A stretch of DNA of 64,000 bases, taken from positions 1-64,000 of the IMG/VR virus record IMGVR_UViG_3300032038_000037. One strand, 5' to 3'. The notes under the pieces were generated by a model. It was not told the DNA's origin. It worked only from the letters and a program-made list of their open reading frames with translations, and did no database searches. Below, piece by piece: positions 48,034-58,540 of the stretch (position 1 is its first letter; the number at the start of each line of letters is the position of its first letter). The stretch comes from a virus. Lineage: Duplodnaviria > Caudoviricetes. The translations under genes were made by a program, and so were the position numbers.

Positions 48034-48046
48034 TGTTTAACCCCCC

Positions 48047-49861
48047 TTAAGACGTTGTGACTGATAAAGTTAAATTTTTACTTGTCGAGTTATATGTGCC
48101 AATTAAAGCTGCACTTCCCATCGTATATGTAATTGCTCCATTTGATGCCGACATTCCTGTTACTACATTGCCAGAGCCACTTGATGTTACTGTTGTTACC
48201 GTATCAGTAAATTTAGGAGTAGAACCAACAGCAACTCCATTTAATTGCGTTGTTTGCAAATTTCCTGTTGATGGAGTGTATTTTAAATTAGTATTATATA
48301 AACAATTATATGCTGTACCGCTGGTAATAGAAGTAGGCCCTAATACTATTGGAATTGCTGTACTCCCTGTATTAGAAGTTAATTTAACTTTTTCATCAGT
48401 ATTGGTCACTGTAGAAGCTATTGTAATTTTCTTATTAGTAGTATCATCAGTAAGACTAATACCCGTTCCTGCGGCTAATTCTGCCGTTGTGGTTGTTGAA
48501 CCACTTCCACTACCTCCAGCAGTAAATGTCCAAGTAAACTTATGTGAACTAAGCGCGTTACTAAGTGAATAAGTTGTATCTGTATCACTAGTTGCTACAG
48601 TTCCAATATCAACTATTCCACTAGATGGATTTTTAGTTGTTCCATTTATTTTTACTCCGGTAACTGTACCAGTATATTGTTCAGTTTGTAAAAAAGTTTC
48701 CCATGTACCTTTTTGAGTAAGAGCTTTTGTAGTAGTAGATCCATCAAAAGCCAAAGTAGTATAACATAACTTATCACTATTACTATGATCTGCAACTACT
48801 AAATAATCTCCATTAGCTATAGGCATTTGAGAAGAAAAAGTTCCATCATTTTTTAAATACCCATGAGAGTGAGAACTCGCGGCTGCGCCTACATCAGAAG
48901 CAGATAAAGTAACATCTCCAGTTTTAGTATTAACTGAAGTTACTGGATAATTTATTGTTGGAATAGTAGGCATTGTAAAAATAACCGATGTTCCGCCAGC
49001 TGTTAATTTATATTTACCTGCACTCGCTAATGTAACTGTACTAGTACCCGTATCAATAGCTAAACTTGTTGTATGGGTATGATTACCCGCCGCAGCTGTA
49101 GTTGCTGTAGTACCAATTGTAAGAGCATCTGTAATTCCATAGCCACTTATCGTAGTTGGTGTATTACCAATTTCAGAAAAATTATAAGATGGCTTTGATG
49201 ATGCTTTTGCCCAACTTGGAACGGTTGGATCAGTTTCAGTAAAAGAAGTAAGATAAATACTGCTTAAATCTGGTATATCACTTGCAACTAAAGCTCTAAA
49301 GCTTGGTGCGGCCGCACTGCCTGATGTTGGGCCTGCAAGCACATAATTTGCTGTTTTAGTCCCATATGGATTTTTTGTATCACCATAAGCGTTAGCTATT
49401 GAAATAGTATAAGTTCCACTATTATAACTTCCTGCAATTGGTGAAGTAACAGCTACTTTTACAGATGCTTCTCTTACAGTCACGGTCCAAGCATTTGCAC
49501 TAGTTAACTTATAAACATATACCTGATCTCCTTGTTGAGAACTAGTATGACTACTAACGCTTCTATAATATTGAAATTCTACATTCGTAGGATTTGTAGC
49601 ATCACTAACATAAGCCATAAAAGCCATTCTAGTCTGTGAACCAGAGGCTGGATTGGCGTTAGAAGATGCCCTACAATAAACTACATGATTTGCCTTATAA
49701 GCTGTTAAAAAATCATTCCATGTGGATGTTCCATATGATAGAATTGTCATACCCGACATAAAATTACTATCATTTTGTAAATCACTAGTTTTAGTAGGTA
49801 TGGGGATGTGATAGGTTTTATTGCCTATTGTTAAATTTTTCATTTCGCCAACTAAGGCCAT
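48047..49861 (-). CDS. Thr/Ser-rich fibre protein
   Basis: ETDPTVPSWAK, PTTISGYGITDA, PVTSVNTKTGDVTL.ASDVGA, AAPSFRALVASDIP fibre motifs. Confidence 0.75.
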   Translation of the reverse strand: MALVGEMKNLTIGNKTYHIPIPTKTSDLQNDSNFMSGMTILSYGTSTWNDFLTAYKANHVVYCRASSNANPASGSQTRMAFMAYVSDATNPTNVEFQYYRSVSSHTSSQQGDQVYVYKLTSANAWTVTVREASVKVAVTSPIAGSYNSGTYTISIANAYGDTKNPYGTKTANYVLAGPTSGSAAAPSFRALVASDIPDLSSIYLTSFTETDPTVPSWAKASSKPSYNFSEIGNTPTTISGYGITDALTIGTTATTAAAGNHTHTTSLAIDTGTSTVTLASAGKYKLTAGGTSVIFTMPTIPTINYPVTSVNTKTGDVTLSASDVGAAASSHSHGYLKNDGTFSSQMPIANGDYLVVADHSNSDKLCYTTLAFDGSTTTKALTQKGTWETFLQTEQYTGTVTGVKINGTTKNPSSGIVDIGTVATSDTDTTYSLSNALSSHKFTWTFTAGGSGSGSTTTTAELAAGTGISLTDDTTNKKITIASTVTNTDEKVKLTSNTGSTAIPIVLGPTSITSGTAYNCLYNTNLKYTPSTGNLQTTQLNGVAVGSTPKFTDTVTTVTSSGSGNVVTGMSASNGAITYTMGSAALIGTYNSTSKNLTLSVTTS

Positions 49862-49884
49862 TGTAATTACCCCCTAATTTATAA

Positions 49885-50115
49885 TTATTCTTCATTTCCT
49901 TCCTCATATAAAGTCTCAAAACATTCGTTTAAAATAGGAGTGCCATATTGATCCTGTAATGTTAATGCAACTTTTAAAAATTGTGTTGAAGCTACTGCCG
50001 CGGCCGCGCGCTGATAATATAAAGCAAGACCCATTGCTCTATTCGATCTAGCCGTAATCGTACTATTAACAACCCCATCAGGTCTTGTCTGTAATTCTGT
50101 AACAAAATAATACAT
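49885..50115 (-). CDS. Hypothetical late protein
   Basis: AAGGAG RBS. Confidence 0.7.
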   Translation of the reverse strand: MYYFVTELQTRPDGVVNSTITARSNRAMGLALYYQRAAAAVASTQFLKVALTLQDQYGTPILNECFETLYEEGNEE

Positions 50116-50138
50116 TTGAATTCTCCTTTATAAAATAT

Positions 50139-50282
50139 TTATTCGCTATCATTTGAAGAGCCAATAGTTAAAGTAACAGTATAAGTATCTTCATCATATT
50201 CCGAATCAATTATGGTACTTAAATCTACATATTCTTTAGTAACTACGTCTTCATTATCTGTAATTTCTGTTAAATTTTTCAT
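50139..50282 (-). CDS. Small acidic protein, 47 aa
   Basis: Read by hand: MKNLTEITDNEDVVTKEYVD...; AAGGAG RBS. Confidence 0.6.
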   Translation of the reverse strand: MKNLTEITDNEDVVTKEYVDLSTIIDSEYDEDTYTVTLTIGSSNDSE

Positions 50283-50388
50283 AATTTACTCCTTTATATA
50301 AAAGCCCTTCCCATAATTAATGAGAAGGGCTATAATATATTTCTTCCCTCATTATTATTATCTCACAAATATAATGAGAAGTCAAATT

Positions 50389-51807
50389 TTAAACAGTAAC
50401 TACACACTTAATTGTAATTGCACTCGCGGCTGCAGAAGCAATAGAGAAATCTGAACCATCATAATCAACAATTACTGCTTCTCCACCTTGATAAGCTTGG
50501 AAAGTAATTAATTTACTTGCCACACCACTTGCACTAATTGAAGTTTGTCCCTGAGCAATTGTAAGTGTTGTATATGTAATAGCTCCTTGAGAAGCAGCTT
50601 CTAAGTTATCAAGTGTAGTCTTATCAGTTGCAGACATTAAACCATCAGCACTCTGTGTAGCATTACCAACTAAACCAGTAATATCTGACTTAGCTACCGC
50701 GGTCGTTCCATTCACATGACCATAAGCATCGGTTTTAATTTTATAAAAACCTGCTGTTCCAATTGCAGTTGCTCCACTTGGTGTTCCGTGACCTATCGTA
50801 ATACTTCCAGAAGATGTAATTGGACTACCAGATATAGTAATCAATCCACTATTAGAAATTCCAACACTAGTAACTGTACCGCTTGGTTCATCACCAGAAG
50901 GAATAACAACCCATTCAGAACCAGTTGAAATAATCGTATCTCCAACTTCAGCGGCCGGCTTACCAGTCTCAGCAGTATGAGCAGTAATAACCTTATAAGT
51001 GAAGCCTTCATTCGCAGCCACTGCAGTTGGTAAATTCGCCCAAGTAACAGTACCACCAGTACCAACAGATCCTTTAAATATCATTGGTTCTGGAAGGTTT
51101 TCAATCGCACTATCTACATAAGTCTTAACAGCACCAGAAGTTGGTAAGCTAGCACTAGAATCAACTGAAGTCACAACAGCTTTATATGCTGCATCGTCTA
51201 ATCCTTTAACTGCAATATTATCTACAGTACCTGCCGCTGTAGTAATTTTTAAAGTACCATTGTTTGTACCACTAGCAAGAGTTACTGTTTGGTGAGAACT
51301 CAAATATGTGGTCGTATCTAATGCCCAAGTATTAGCTGCAGTTTTCTTTAAAAGTCCACTTGTTCCAGTTAAAGCTTCAATTGCCTTTAAATCATCTGCA
51401 CCAGTAACTATTGAAAGTGGAATTGCTGTAATATCAACCGCCTTACTTGTTACTGTTAATGCCGTTCCATTAACTTTTACAGATTCAATAACATTAACTT
51501 GCGCACCAGTAGCAATTCCATTTAATTTAGTAACTTGAGTTGTGGTCATTAAACCAGCAGCACTAGTAGACGCATTTGGAATTGTTGCAATCCCACTGGT
51601 TACGAAAGAAGTTCCACTTGCATTTTGCACATCTTGTACTGAGCCAACTGCAATCCAAGCTGTACCATTATGTTGATACATTAAATGATCTGTACTATTA
51701 TAGTAAACTTGTCCTAAAGCTCCATTCGCGGGCGCAGTAGCTAATGGCTGAATAACTGCATTTTGTAATTCATTTTTATTTAAATTAAGATTAACTAAAT
51801 AATCCAT
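50389..51807 (-). CDS. Fibre/decoration protein
   Basis: L.LNKNELQNAVI, KLNGIATGAQVNVIESVKVNG, GLMSATDK motifs. Confidence 0.75.
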   Translation of the reverse strand: MDYLVNLNLNKNELQNAVIQPLATAPANGALGQVYYNSTDHLMYQHNGTAWIAVGSVQDVQNASGTSFVTSGIATIPNASTSAAGLMTTTQVTKLNGIATGAQVNVIESVKVNGTALTVTSKAVDITAIPLSIVTGADDLKAIEALTGTSGLLKKTAANTWALDTTTYLSSHQTVTLASGTNNGTLKITTAAGTVDNIAVKGLDDAAYKAVVTSVDSSASLPTSGAVKTYVDSAIENLPEPMIFKGSVGTGGTVTWANLPTAVAANEGFTYKVITAHTAETGKPAAEVGDTIISTGSEWVVIPSGDEPSGTVTSVGISNSGLITISGSPITSSGSITIGHGTPSGATAIGTAGFYKIKTDAYGHVNGTTAVAKSDITGLVGNATQSADGLMSATDKTTLDNLEAASQGAITYTTLTIAQGQTSISASGVASKLITFQAYQGGEAVIVDYDGSDFSIASAAASAITIKCVVTV

Positions 51808-51819
51808 TCCTAAACCCCC

Positions 51820-52431
51820 TTAGTTGCAATAAGCCTTTCCGCTAAAAGCTCCATTGAAACTAATAACGGCTTGCTCTGTTGTTTGTAAAACAATTTCTCC
51901 AGTCACCACTGTTCCTGCACTATCTACAACTGTAATTGAAGGAAATTTTCCTAAATTATGAACTACTGTCCATAAATTAGAAGCAACTTGTTGTTTATGA
52001 ATATAATTTTTATCAGCACTTTTTGTAATTTCCTCAGTTAATTCCTCAATTTGCTCAGTATGAGTTGCAATTCCTTGCTCAGTAGCAGTAACTCGATTTT
52101 TTAAGTCTTCAATAGAACTACTTTCCATTTCAGAAAATTGGTCATCTTTCCATAAATAAGCAGTTCCATCAGTTTTATTGATATAAAGTCGATCTTCTTC
52201 TCCTGTTACTCCAACAAGAGAATCAACAAAAATAATTTGATTATTTTCTGATTGATCGATGTAATTTAAATTAATCCAATCAGTAACTCCATCACCAACT
52301 TTAACTTTCATCTTATCCGTACTCAGCGCGGGTTCGCCAGCTCGTAGGATAGGATCGTATTGTATCCATTCCTCTTCGGTTGCGCGCCGAAACTGAATAA
52401 TCGCCTTTACATGGCGTTTAATTGTCCCCAT
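51820..52431 (-). CDS. Structural protein with Mtd_N/HylP-like N-terminal domain
   Basis: IQFRRAT..EW...DPIL..GE.....D..KVKVGDGVT.W..L.Y; C-terminal W.V.HNLGKFPSITVVDS. Confidence 0.75.
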   Translation of the reverse strand: MGTIKRHVKAIIQFRRATEEEWIQYDPILRAGEPALSTDKMKVKVGDGVTDWINLNYIDQSENNQIIFVDSLVGVTGEEDRLYINKTDGTAYLWKDDQFSEMESSSIEDLKNRVTATEQGIATHTEQIEELTEEITKSADKNYIHKQQVASNLWTVVHNLGKFPSITVVDSAGTVVTGEIVLQTTEQAVISFNGAFSGKAYCN

Positions 52432-52589
52432 AGCCTTTTACTCCTCCACCATCATATATCACTATTTCATCATAATAAATTTCTTCAGGTGATGCCTTTC
52501 CAGTATCTATTTTTGGCTTATCTTCCCATTTTTTCTGAGAAAATTTGGGAGAAAAAGACTTATTAGAAGAACTAAACTGTATTCTAAAA

Positions 52590-53087
52590 CTATGATTCTT
52601 CATTTTCTTCCTCTCCAGGAACAACCGAGGCTTGTCCTCTTACTTCTCCGTCTAAATCACCATAAATTCTAAAGTTAGTAGGATTAGAAATATATACCTC
52701 TTCAAAATTATCTTCATTAACTAAAACTTTAAACTGTACAACTGCAATATTTTTTTCAGCTGCAGGCCAAAAAGTAAAGCCTAAAGTCTGTTCTTGAGTT
52801 AAATGTAAAATACAAGCTATATAAAACTCTTCTTCTCCCTCACCAACTTCATAACCTTCAAAGTCTATATCATTAGAAATAAACTCATCACCATGGTTAC
52901 TATCTGTTATATCACTATTTTCTGCTTCTGCTAACAGCGGAACAACTTCAAAATCACTATTCGTTAATTGGATAATTTTTTCTCCATTTTGAGTAAAAGT
53001 TACATAAATTCCGCTTATTGCTTCATAATTAAATGGTAAGACAAAATTTAAAATTGGTGTCGTTCCCCTAGTGATCTTCATCTTCAT
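52590..53087 (-). CDS. Putative baseplate/structural protein
   Basis: TRGTTP...YVTFTQ...LTQEQTL pattern; start revised. Confidence 0.6.
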   Translation of the reverse strand: MKMKITRGTTPILNFVLPFNYEAISGIYVTFTQNGEKIIQLTNSDFEVVPLLAEAENSDITDSNHGDEFISNDIDFEGYEVGEGEEEFYIACILHLTQEQTLGFTFWPAAEKNIAVVQFKVLVNEDNFEEVYISNPTNFRIYGDLDGEVRGQASVVPGEEENEES

Positions 53088-53427
53088 TTCTTTTATCATT
53101 ACCTTTATCTCCCATCCAATCATATTGTTTTGGTAATTTGCAAAATTCTGCATACAACTCTGCACCTGTACCATTTCCACCATATTCTTTATATAAATCA
53201 TAAAGCATTGTGGTATTATCAAATTCGTAGAAGGTCGTATATCCTCTTGCAATTGCCTTTCTTGTATACTTATAAACTAAATCATGCAGAATTGCTAAAT
53301 CGGTTCTTGTGGTAATGTCTTTCTTTTGATCTCGTTTCTGGACTTTATAAAGTATAAACGCCCAAAATCCCTGAGAACCTATAATAGCAATTATTATACC
53401 TGCAATAATTTCGGGTGTAAAATACAT
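53068..53427 (-). CDS. Holin-like membrane protein
   Basis: Single N-terminal TM; LY..Y..YGGNG.G...KLP C-terminus typical of Firmicute phage lysis-region proteins. Confidence 0.65.
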   Translation of the reverse strand: MYFTPEIIAGIIIAIIGSQGFWAFILYKVQKRDQKKDITTRTDLAILHDLVYKYTRKAIARGYTTFYEFDNTTMLYDLYKEYGGNGTGAELYAEFCKLPKQYDWMGDKGNDKRNEDEDH

Positions 53428-53523
53428 TGCTAAGCCTCCATTCTATTAAAAACAATTCCTTCCTTATAATAAGTGGAGCATGAATTGTTAGTATCTACTT
53501 TTTCAATGTAGGAGGACTTAATT

Positions 53524-53901
53524 ATGAGCAGCTATGAAGAAAAGATTGTTACAATTTTAAAAAGAAATAAAATTAAATTTCAAAGAGAAAAAACTTTTTC
53601 AGATTTAAAAAAAGGTAAGTATCGCTTTGATTTTTTTATTCCAAATTACAAAGGCGCGCCAAGACTCTTAGAAATAAACGGTGAACAACACTACAAACAA
53701 GTTAAAAAATTCCAAAAAACTCGTAAAGATTTTCTTGCACAAAAAGAGCGAGATCGTAGAAAAATCTCCTACTGTCTCGCTCATAAGATTGACTTATATA
53801 TTATACCTTATTGGGACATTGACAAAATACAATCGGTTAAAGATCTATTTCGTCCAATGTACAAGGCGCGCAGTCGATGGCACTGCGATTTAAGTCGCTG
53901 A
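53524..53901 (+). CDS. DUF559/Vsr-like PD-(D/E)XK endonuclease
   Basis: REKTFSDL...RFDFFI...LEINGEQHY...RD.RK..YC....I.L..IPYW. Confidence 0.8.
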   Translation: MSSYEEKIVTILKRNKIKFQREKTFSDLKKGKYRFDFFIPNYKGAPRLLEINGEQHYKQVKKFQKTRKDFLAQKERDRRKISYCLAHKIDLYIIPYWDIDKIQSVKDLFRPMYKARSRWHCDLSR

Positions 53902-54369
53902 ATAAACTGTATTATCTGCTATAGGTATATTCGCTAAAGCATCTGCAATTTTTTGATCAACTTGCGCCGGAGTTGTATATGTAGATCCATGAGTATGATC
54001 TCCAGCTGCGGCAGTTGTAGAAGTATTGCCAAGTTTCACAAAACCATTAGATGCAACATCAGCAATTTTAATAAAACCATTAGATGCGACGTCAGCGATT
54101 TTAATAAAACCTGCTGTTGTAACATCAGATAATGTTATGAAGTTACTATCATTATTTAAGTCACTTATATTAGTAGGGATTTGTCCAGTAATTGCGCTTA
54201 CAGTAGCTTCTAAATCATCTATGTCTTCTCCTACATTATTCACACTAGTTTCTAATTCACCTAACCAACTATAAGCATTAGCAATACCATTTTCGATATA
54301 ATCCATATTTTCCTCAGTAATTAGTTCTTCATTAAACCAATCATGAGGCTCATAGCTATAATTACTCAT
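53890..54369 (-). CDS. Putative structural protein with short internal repeat
   Basis: Y.P..W...E.IT...M..IE.GI N-terminus; GFIKIADVASN repeated. Confidence 0.65.
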   Translation of the reverse strand: MSNYSYEPHDWFNEELITEENMDYIENGIANAYSWLGELETSVNNVGEDIDDLEATVSAITGQIPTNISDLNNDSNFITLSDVTTAGFIKIADVASNGFIKIADVASNGFVKLGNTSTTAAAGDHTHGSTYTTPAQVDQKIADALANIPIADNTVYSAT

Positions 54370-54475
54370 TTCTCACCTCAAAAATTTGATTTTTTCTCAA
54401 AATCTTTTTATAATTAGCTTGGGCGCAAGAAAAAAAGAAAACAAAAAAACAAAAAAACCTTTATTATATTATATA

Positions 54476-55408
54476 TTATAATAATTGATTTACTAATTTC
54501 TGAATTGTAGCGGGATCATATCCTGCTTTTTTTAAATTACTTGTTCTTGTCGCGCCATTTCCATATTTTCCTTTAACTACATCTTTGGCGACAGAATTAT
54601 ATTTATTAACACGAGCTTGAACTTGATTATAATCATAACCAGCATTTTTCAATTTAGCTTTTCTCGTATCACCTGTTCCCCATTTACCAGCAATTACTTC
54701 TCTAGCAATTGTATCAATTGATTTCTTTGACGTCGTTGTAGTTGTAGTCTTTTTAGGTTCTTCTTTCTTTGCTGTAGTAGCAGTTACTTTTGCTCCTGCT
54801 AATCTATCCCAATCAGTTTTTGAACCATAAAAACAATCCATATCTAAATTTCCGCCATATCCGGTTACTCTACCATTCGAAGAATATTGTCTAATAATAG
54901 CTTTAGACCAAGCACCTAAATTTGGATACTGTGCAGGTTGATAATACTTTGTTACATTATTATTTGGATAACCTGCTACCCATAATTGATAATTTTTAGC
55001 TACAGATGACCAATTATAAGCAGTAGTAACAGATCTACTAGTATAAATTAAAGCACGTTTTCCACTTAACTGATAAAATTTATCAAGAAAAGCCTTCGCA
55101 TAGTTTACTCCCTTCTTCAAAGCATTAGCTTCCCAATCTAATACAAAAATAGCTTTCCCATTATATTTTTGAACAGTTTTCCAAAAATAAGTAGCTTCTT
55201 TTTCTCCACTAGTACTTCCTGTAGCAAAATGATAAATCCCTAATTTCTTACCGCTTGCTAATATATCTTTTGCCCATTGTTCAAAACATGGATCTTTATA
55301 GTTAGTCCCTTCTGTTGCTTTTACAATTATGAAATCGGCACTAACCTTCTTCACGTTTAGACCCTTTTGCCAATGAGAAATATCAATTCCATTTAAATAA
55401 CTCATCAT
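54476..55408 (-). CDS. Endolysin: GH25 muramidase + two Cpl-7 (CW_7) repeats
   Basis: GIDISHWQ, VKATEG, LDWE, QYSS.G...NLDMD; IAREVIAGKWG.G..RK..L..AGYD. Confidence 0.92.
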   Translation of the reverse strand: MMSYLNGIDISHWQKGLNVKKVSADFIIVKATEGTNYKDPCFEQWAKDILASGKKLGIYHFATGSTSGEKEATYFWKTVQKYNGKAIFVLDWEANALKKGVNYAKAFLDKFYQLSGKRALIYTSRSVTTAYNWSSVAKNYQLWVAGYPNNNVTKYYQPAQYPNLGAWSKAIIRQYSSNGRVTGYGGNLDMDCFYGSKTDWDRLAGAKVTATTAKKEEPKKTTTTTTSKKSIDTIAREVIAGKWGTGDTRKAKLKNAGYDYNQVQARVNKYNSVAKDVVKGKYGNGATRTSNLKKAGYDPATIQKLVNQLL

Positions 55409-55542
55409 TTTATCTCCTTTTTAAATATATTTTCCATATACTCCTATTAATAAGTTGACTTTAAAGTGAAGTCCTTTATAAATTTGACTTTATTAATAAT
55501 ATGTGATATAATAATAATAGGGTTAAAATAGGAGAAAAGAAG

Positions 55543-56523
55543 ATGATACATATAAATTTAATAGAAGTTTTTTTAATAATATTAGTTTTCATTTTTGCTA
55601 TATTATATTATACTCAATATCAGCTTTATAAAACATTAAAAGAAACAAAAATTGAAGACTTTAATACAGAAACAAAACAAATTTGTAATGAAATTAAATC
55701 AAAAGAAAATAAAGAATTAGCTGAGTTTATCCAACAAACAAAACTAAAAATAGAAGAGTTGGAAAACTTATTATCTGAAAAAGAAAAAAGATATAGCGAA
55801 GTAAATCAAGATTTAGACATATACAAAACAGATAGGCTTTTAGATATTGATTCATCTATTGAAAACTATTATGAACTAAAACTTAATGAAATTATTGGTG
55901 TGCTTCAAAGCATAAAAGAAGAAAATTTACAAATAATCAATAAAGAAACTGAAGAACAACAAAAAGAAATCGAAGAAATTGAAAAAGAGTTAGAAAGTTT
56001 ACGTAGTAGACGCGCAGCAATAAATAAGGAGATTCTGCGACAAAGAGAAATTGAAGAGCAACAAGATTTTTACCGAATACAATTATTAGAAAATGATAAG
56101 CCAGATATAGAAATCTTGCAAACTACGGCTCCGCGCCTTCGACATCCAGAAGCTATTAATAAAATTATTTGGAGTAATTATTATCAAAAACCTTTAGCTG
56201 AATTAAGAAAACGTTTACTGCCAAATGGTGATTATAGTGGAATTTATAAAATAACTCGTCTTAAAACAGGAGAAATTTATATAGGTCAAACAACCTCAAT
56301 TGATAAACGTTTTCAAGATCATGTAAAATCAGCCTTAGGTGTTGGTACATTAACAAGTTCTCAACTTCATCGTACAATGGCTAAAGATGGCCCAGAGAAC
56401 TTTACTTTTGAAATTATTGAGCAAGTTGAAAAGGACAAATTAAAAGAGCGTGAAGCATATTATATAAATTTTTATGACAGTAAAAATTATGGGTTAAATA
56501 CAATAAAAGGACAAGAAAAATGA
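55543..56523 (+). CDS. Membrane-anchored coiled-coil protein with C-terminal GIY-YIG nuclease domain
   Basis: N-terminal TM, coiled coil, SGIYKIT...IYIGQT...RF..H...E..YI..Y.S..YGLN. Confidence 0.8.
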   Translation: MIHINLIEVFLIILVFIFAILYYTQYQLYKTLKETKIEDFNTETKQICNEIKSKENKELAEFIQQTKLKIEELENLLSEKEKRYSEVNQDLDIYKTDRLLDIDSSIENYYELKLNEIIGVLQSIKEENLQIINKETEEQQKEIEEIEKELESLRSRRAAINKEILRQREIEEQQDFYRIQLLENDKPDIEILQTTAPRLRHPEAINKIIWSNYYQKPLAELRKRLLPNGDYSGIYKITRLKTGEIYIGQTTSIDKRFQDHVKSALGVGTLTSSQLHRTMAKDGPENFTFEIIEQVEKDKLKEREAYYINFYDSKNYGLNTIKGQEK

Positions 56524-57569
56524 ATTTAAATGATAAACAAAAACAGGTTGTACAAACTACAAAAAATAAGGTTTTAGTTCAAGCCGCAGCAGCGTCAGGA
56601 AAAACAGCATGTCTTATTGAAAGATTGAATTGGCTTTTACAAATGGGGCAAGACCCTAGTAAAATTGTTGCAATTACTTTTACTAATAATGCTGCAGCTG
56701 AAATTAAAGACAGATTAATTACAAAAGCTGAAGGAATGTTTGTTGGTACTGTTCATTCTTATTGTAACTATCTTCTGCGCGCAGGTGGTATTGCAACAGA
56801 TAAGATTCTTGATGAAGATAGATTTGATGATTTGTTTCCTTTAATTAAAGAAAATCCGCATTGTATTCGTGAGATTGACCATTTAATTGTTGATGAAGCT
56901 CAAGATTCAACCGAATTACAATTTGAATTTTTTGAATTACTTTCTCCAAAAAACTTTATGTACTTTTTTGATCTACGACAATCTATTTATGGCTTTGCAG
57001 GTGCATATCCAGATTATCTGATTGAACTAAAAAGACAAAATGGAATTACTATTTATGAGCTAAACCAAAATTATAGAAATGGAAATGCAATACTTAATCA
57101 AGCAAGAAAAGTTATTAATAGTTTAGGTAGAGAATTTCAAGACCATTCAATTCCAATGCGTCATGTACAAGGAAAATTTGTTTATGGGGAAATGACTCTT
57201 GAAGGTATTGCTAATAAATTAAAAGAAGAAAAATTTGGAGATTGGTTTATTCTTTGTCGATCTAACAAAGAAATTGAACAAGTGTGTTTTGTTCTGAAAA
57301 AACATGGTATTCCTTGTGATACTTTTAAACAAAGAGATTTGAATAATCAACAAATACAAGATAGAATGAAAGCTGATACAGTAAAAGTTTTAACAGTTCA
57401 TTCTGCTAAAGGGTTGGAAGCTAATAAAGTTTTGGTTTATGACCCTCGTTTATTTGATGATAGCCAGAGAAGATTGTATTATGTGGCGGCAACCCGTGCA
57501 AGAGATGAGTTACTGTGGGTTAAACCGCCGAGAAAAACGCCGAAGAAAAAAACCACAAATTGGGAATAA
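56520..57569 (+). CDS. UvrD/Rep-like SF1 helicase (compact)
   Basis: AAAASGKT, AITFTNNAA, VDEAQD, D.RQSIYGF, NYR, TVHSAKGLE, YVAATRAR. Confidence 0.9.
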   Translation: MNLNDKQKQVVQTTKNKVLVQAAAASGKTACLIERLNWLLQMGQDPSKIVAITFTNNAAAEIKDRLITKAEGMFVGTVHSYCNYLLRAGGIATDKILDEDRFDDLFPLIKENPHCIREIDHLIVDEAQDSTELQFEFFELLSPKNFMYFFDLRQSIYGFAGAYPDYLIELKRQNGITIYELNQNYRNGNAILNQARKVINSLGREFQDHSIPMRHVQGKFVYGEMTLEGIANKLKEEKFGDWFILCRSNKEIEQVCFVLKKHGIPCDTFKQRDLNNQQIQDRMKADTVKVLTVHSAKGLEANKVLVYDPRLFDDSQRRLYYVAATRARDELLWVKPPRKTPKKKTTNWE

Positions 57570-57600
57570 AAAAAAGAGGTCTATTATAGACCTCTTTTTA
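57569..57600. terminator. Bidirectional terminator
   Basis: AAAAAGAGGTCTA-TTA-TAGACCTCTTTTT. Confidence 0.8.
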
Positions 57601-57606
57601 CTTACT

Positions 57607-58060
57607 TTATTTAACAGTAATAGTACAATCACCAGTAATTACAAGATAATCGCCAACATTTTCACAATTACCTGATGTTGCCTCTGACCCACCAGCTTCT
57701 ATTTTCATAACACCTTTATATAATGGTACTGTAAAAACTCCTTCGGTAATTTCATTAATAGAAATAACATCATTTGTAATAGTTGGTATAGCTAAAAAAT
57801 CTATATCTAAATCGTCTCCGCCATATATCGCAGTTACTTCAGCGGTTGTAATATCACTTGGTGGTGCAGGTACATTAACTGTAACCTTATTAAAAACTTT
57901 TCCTTCTTCTGGTGTATATACTTTATTTTCCTGAGCTGATAACTCAATTTCTTCTTTATTATCACTAGCCCCCAAAACTATCTAACATTCCAGATAATAC
58001 TGCACGATTAGTATTATGTGGTGTATTCATTATATAATCTAATACTTCTGCTTTATTCAT
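57607..58060 (-). pseudogene. Structural-type gene split by a +1 frameshift at a T4G5 tract
   Basis: AGGAGG RBS and ATG 58060 (MNKAEVLDYIMNTPHNTNRAVL) stop after 31 codons; the +1 frame continues to 57607. Confidence 0.7.
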
Positions 58061-58084
58061 TTTATTCCTCCTTTTTCATTTTTA

Positions 58085-58540
58085 TTAACGATCGTCACCA
58101 TCATCGCCATCATCGATTTGCAAATGATAATTTCCATCGTCACTTAAATAAGAATATTGAACTCCATCAATAGAAATATTATTTTCAACAGCAATAATTA
58201 AACTAGAACCAGAAAGAGAATCATATTCTGTATACATATCTGTTAAACTTTCAAGATAAAAAATTGTTGTTACTGTTGTTATACTCTTTGTACCGCCACC
58301 AGTATCATTAGATCTTGGTATTGATAATGCTAAAGGCCAACTCTGCGCTATCTCGTCAATAACCTCACCATTTATTGTTCCTTCTTCTTCTCCTACAAAA
58401 AAATTAGAAGCATCATAAATTACAGTAGCTGTACTACCACCTCCGCCGGAACCCGCGGAAGCTACACCATCTTCTAAGTGATTCAATTTTTCAGCAGTAA
58501 TTGTCTCACCAGTTGTCCAAGTTTGTTTTTCGTAACTCAT
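58085..58540 (-). CDS. Putative structural/decoration protein
   Basis: MSYEKQTWTTGETITAEKLNHLEDGV N-terminus; GGAGG RBS. Confidence 0.7.
   Translation of the reverse strand: MSYEKQTWTTGETITAEKLNHLEDGVASAGSGGGGSTATVIYDASNFFVGEEEGTINGEVIDEIAQSWPLALSIPRSNDTGGGTKSITTVTTIFYLESLTDMYTEYDSLSGSSLIIAVENNISIDGVQYSYLSDDGNYHLQIDDGDDGDDR

Noticed and set aside
48057-48572. Plus-strand ORFs inside tail genes
   Set aside because: Antisense shadows of Thr/Ser-rich structural genes
51820-52431. Diversity-generating retroelement implied by the Mtd_N-like domain
   Set aside because: No reverse transcriptase or TR/VR pair with adenine-specific mismatches was seen in the window
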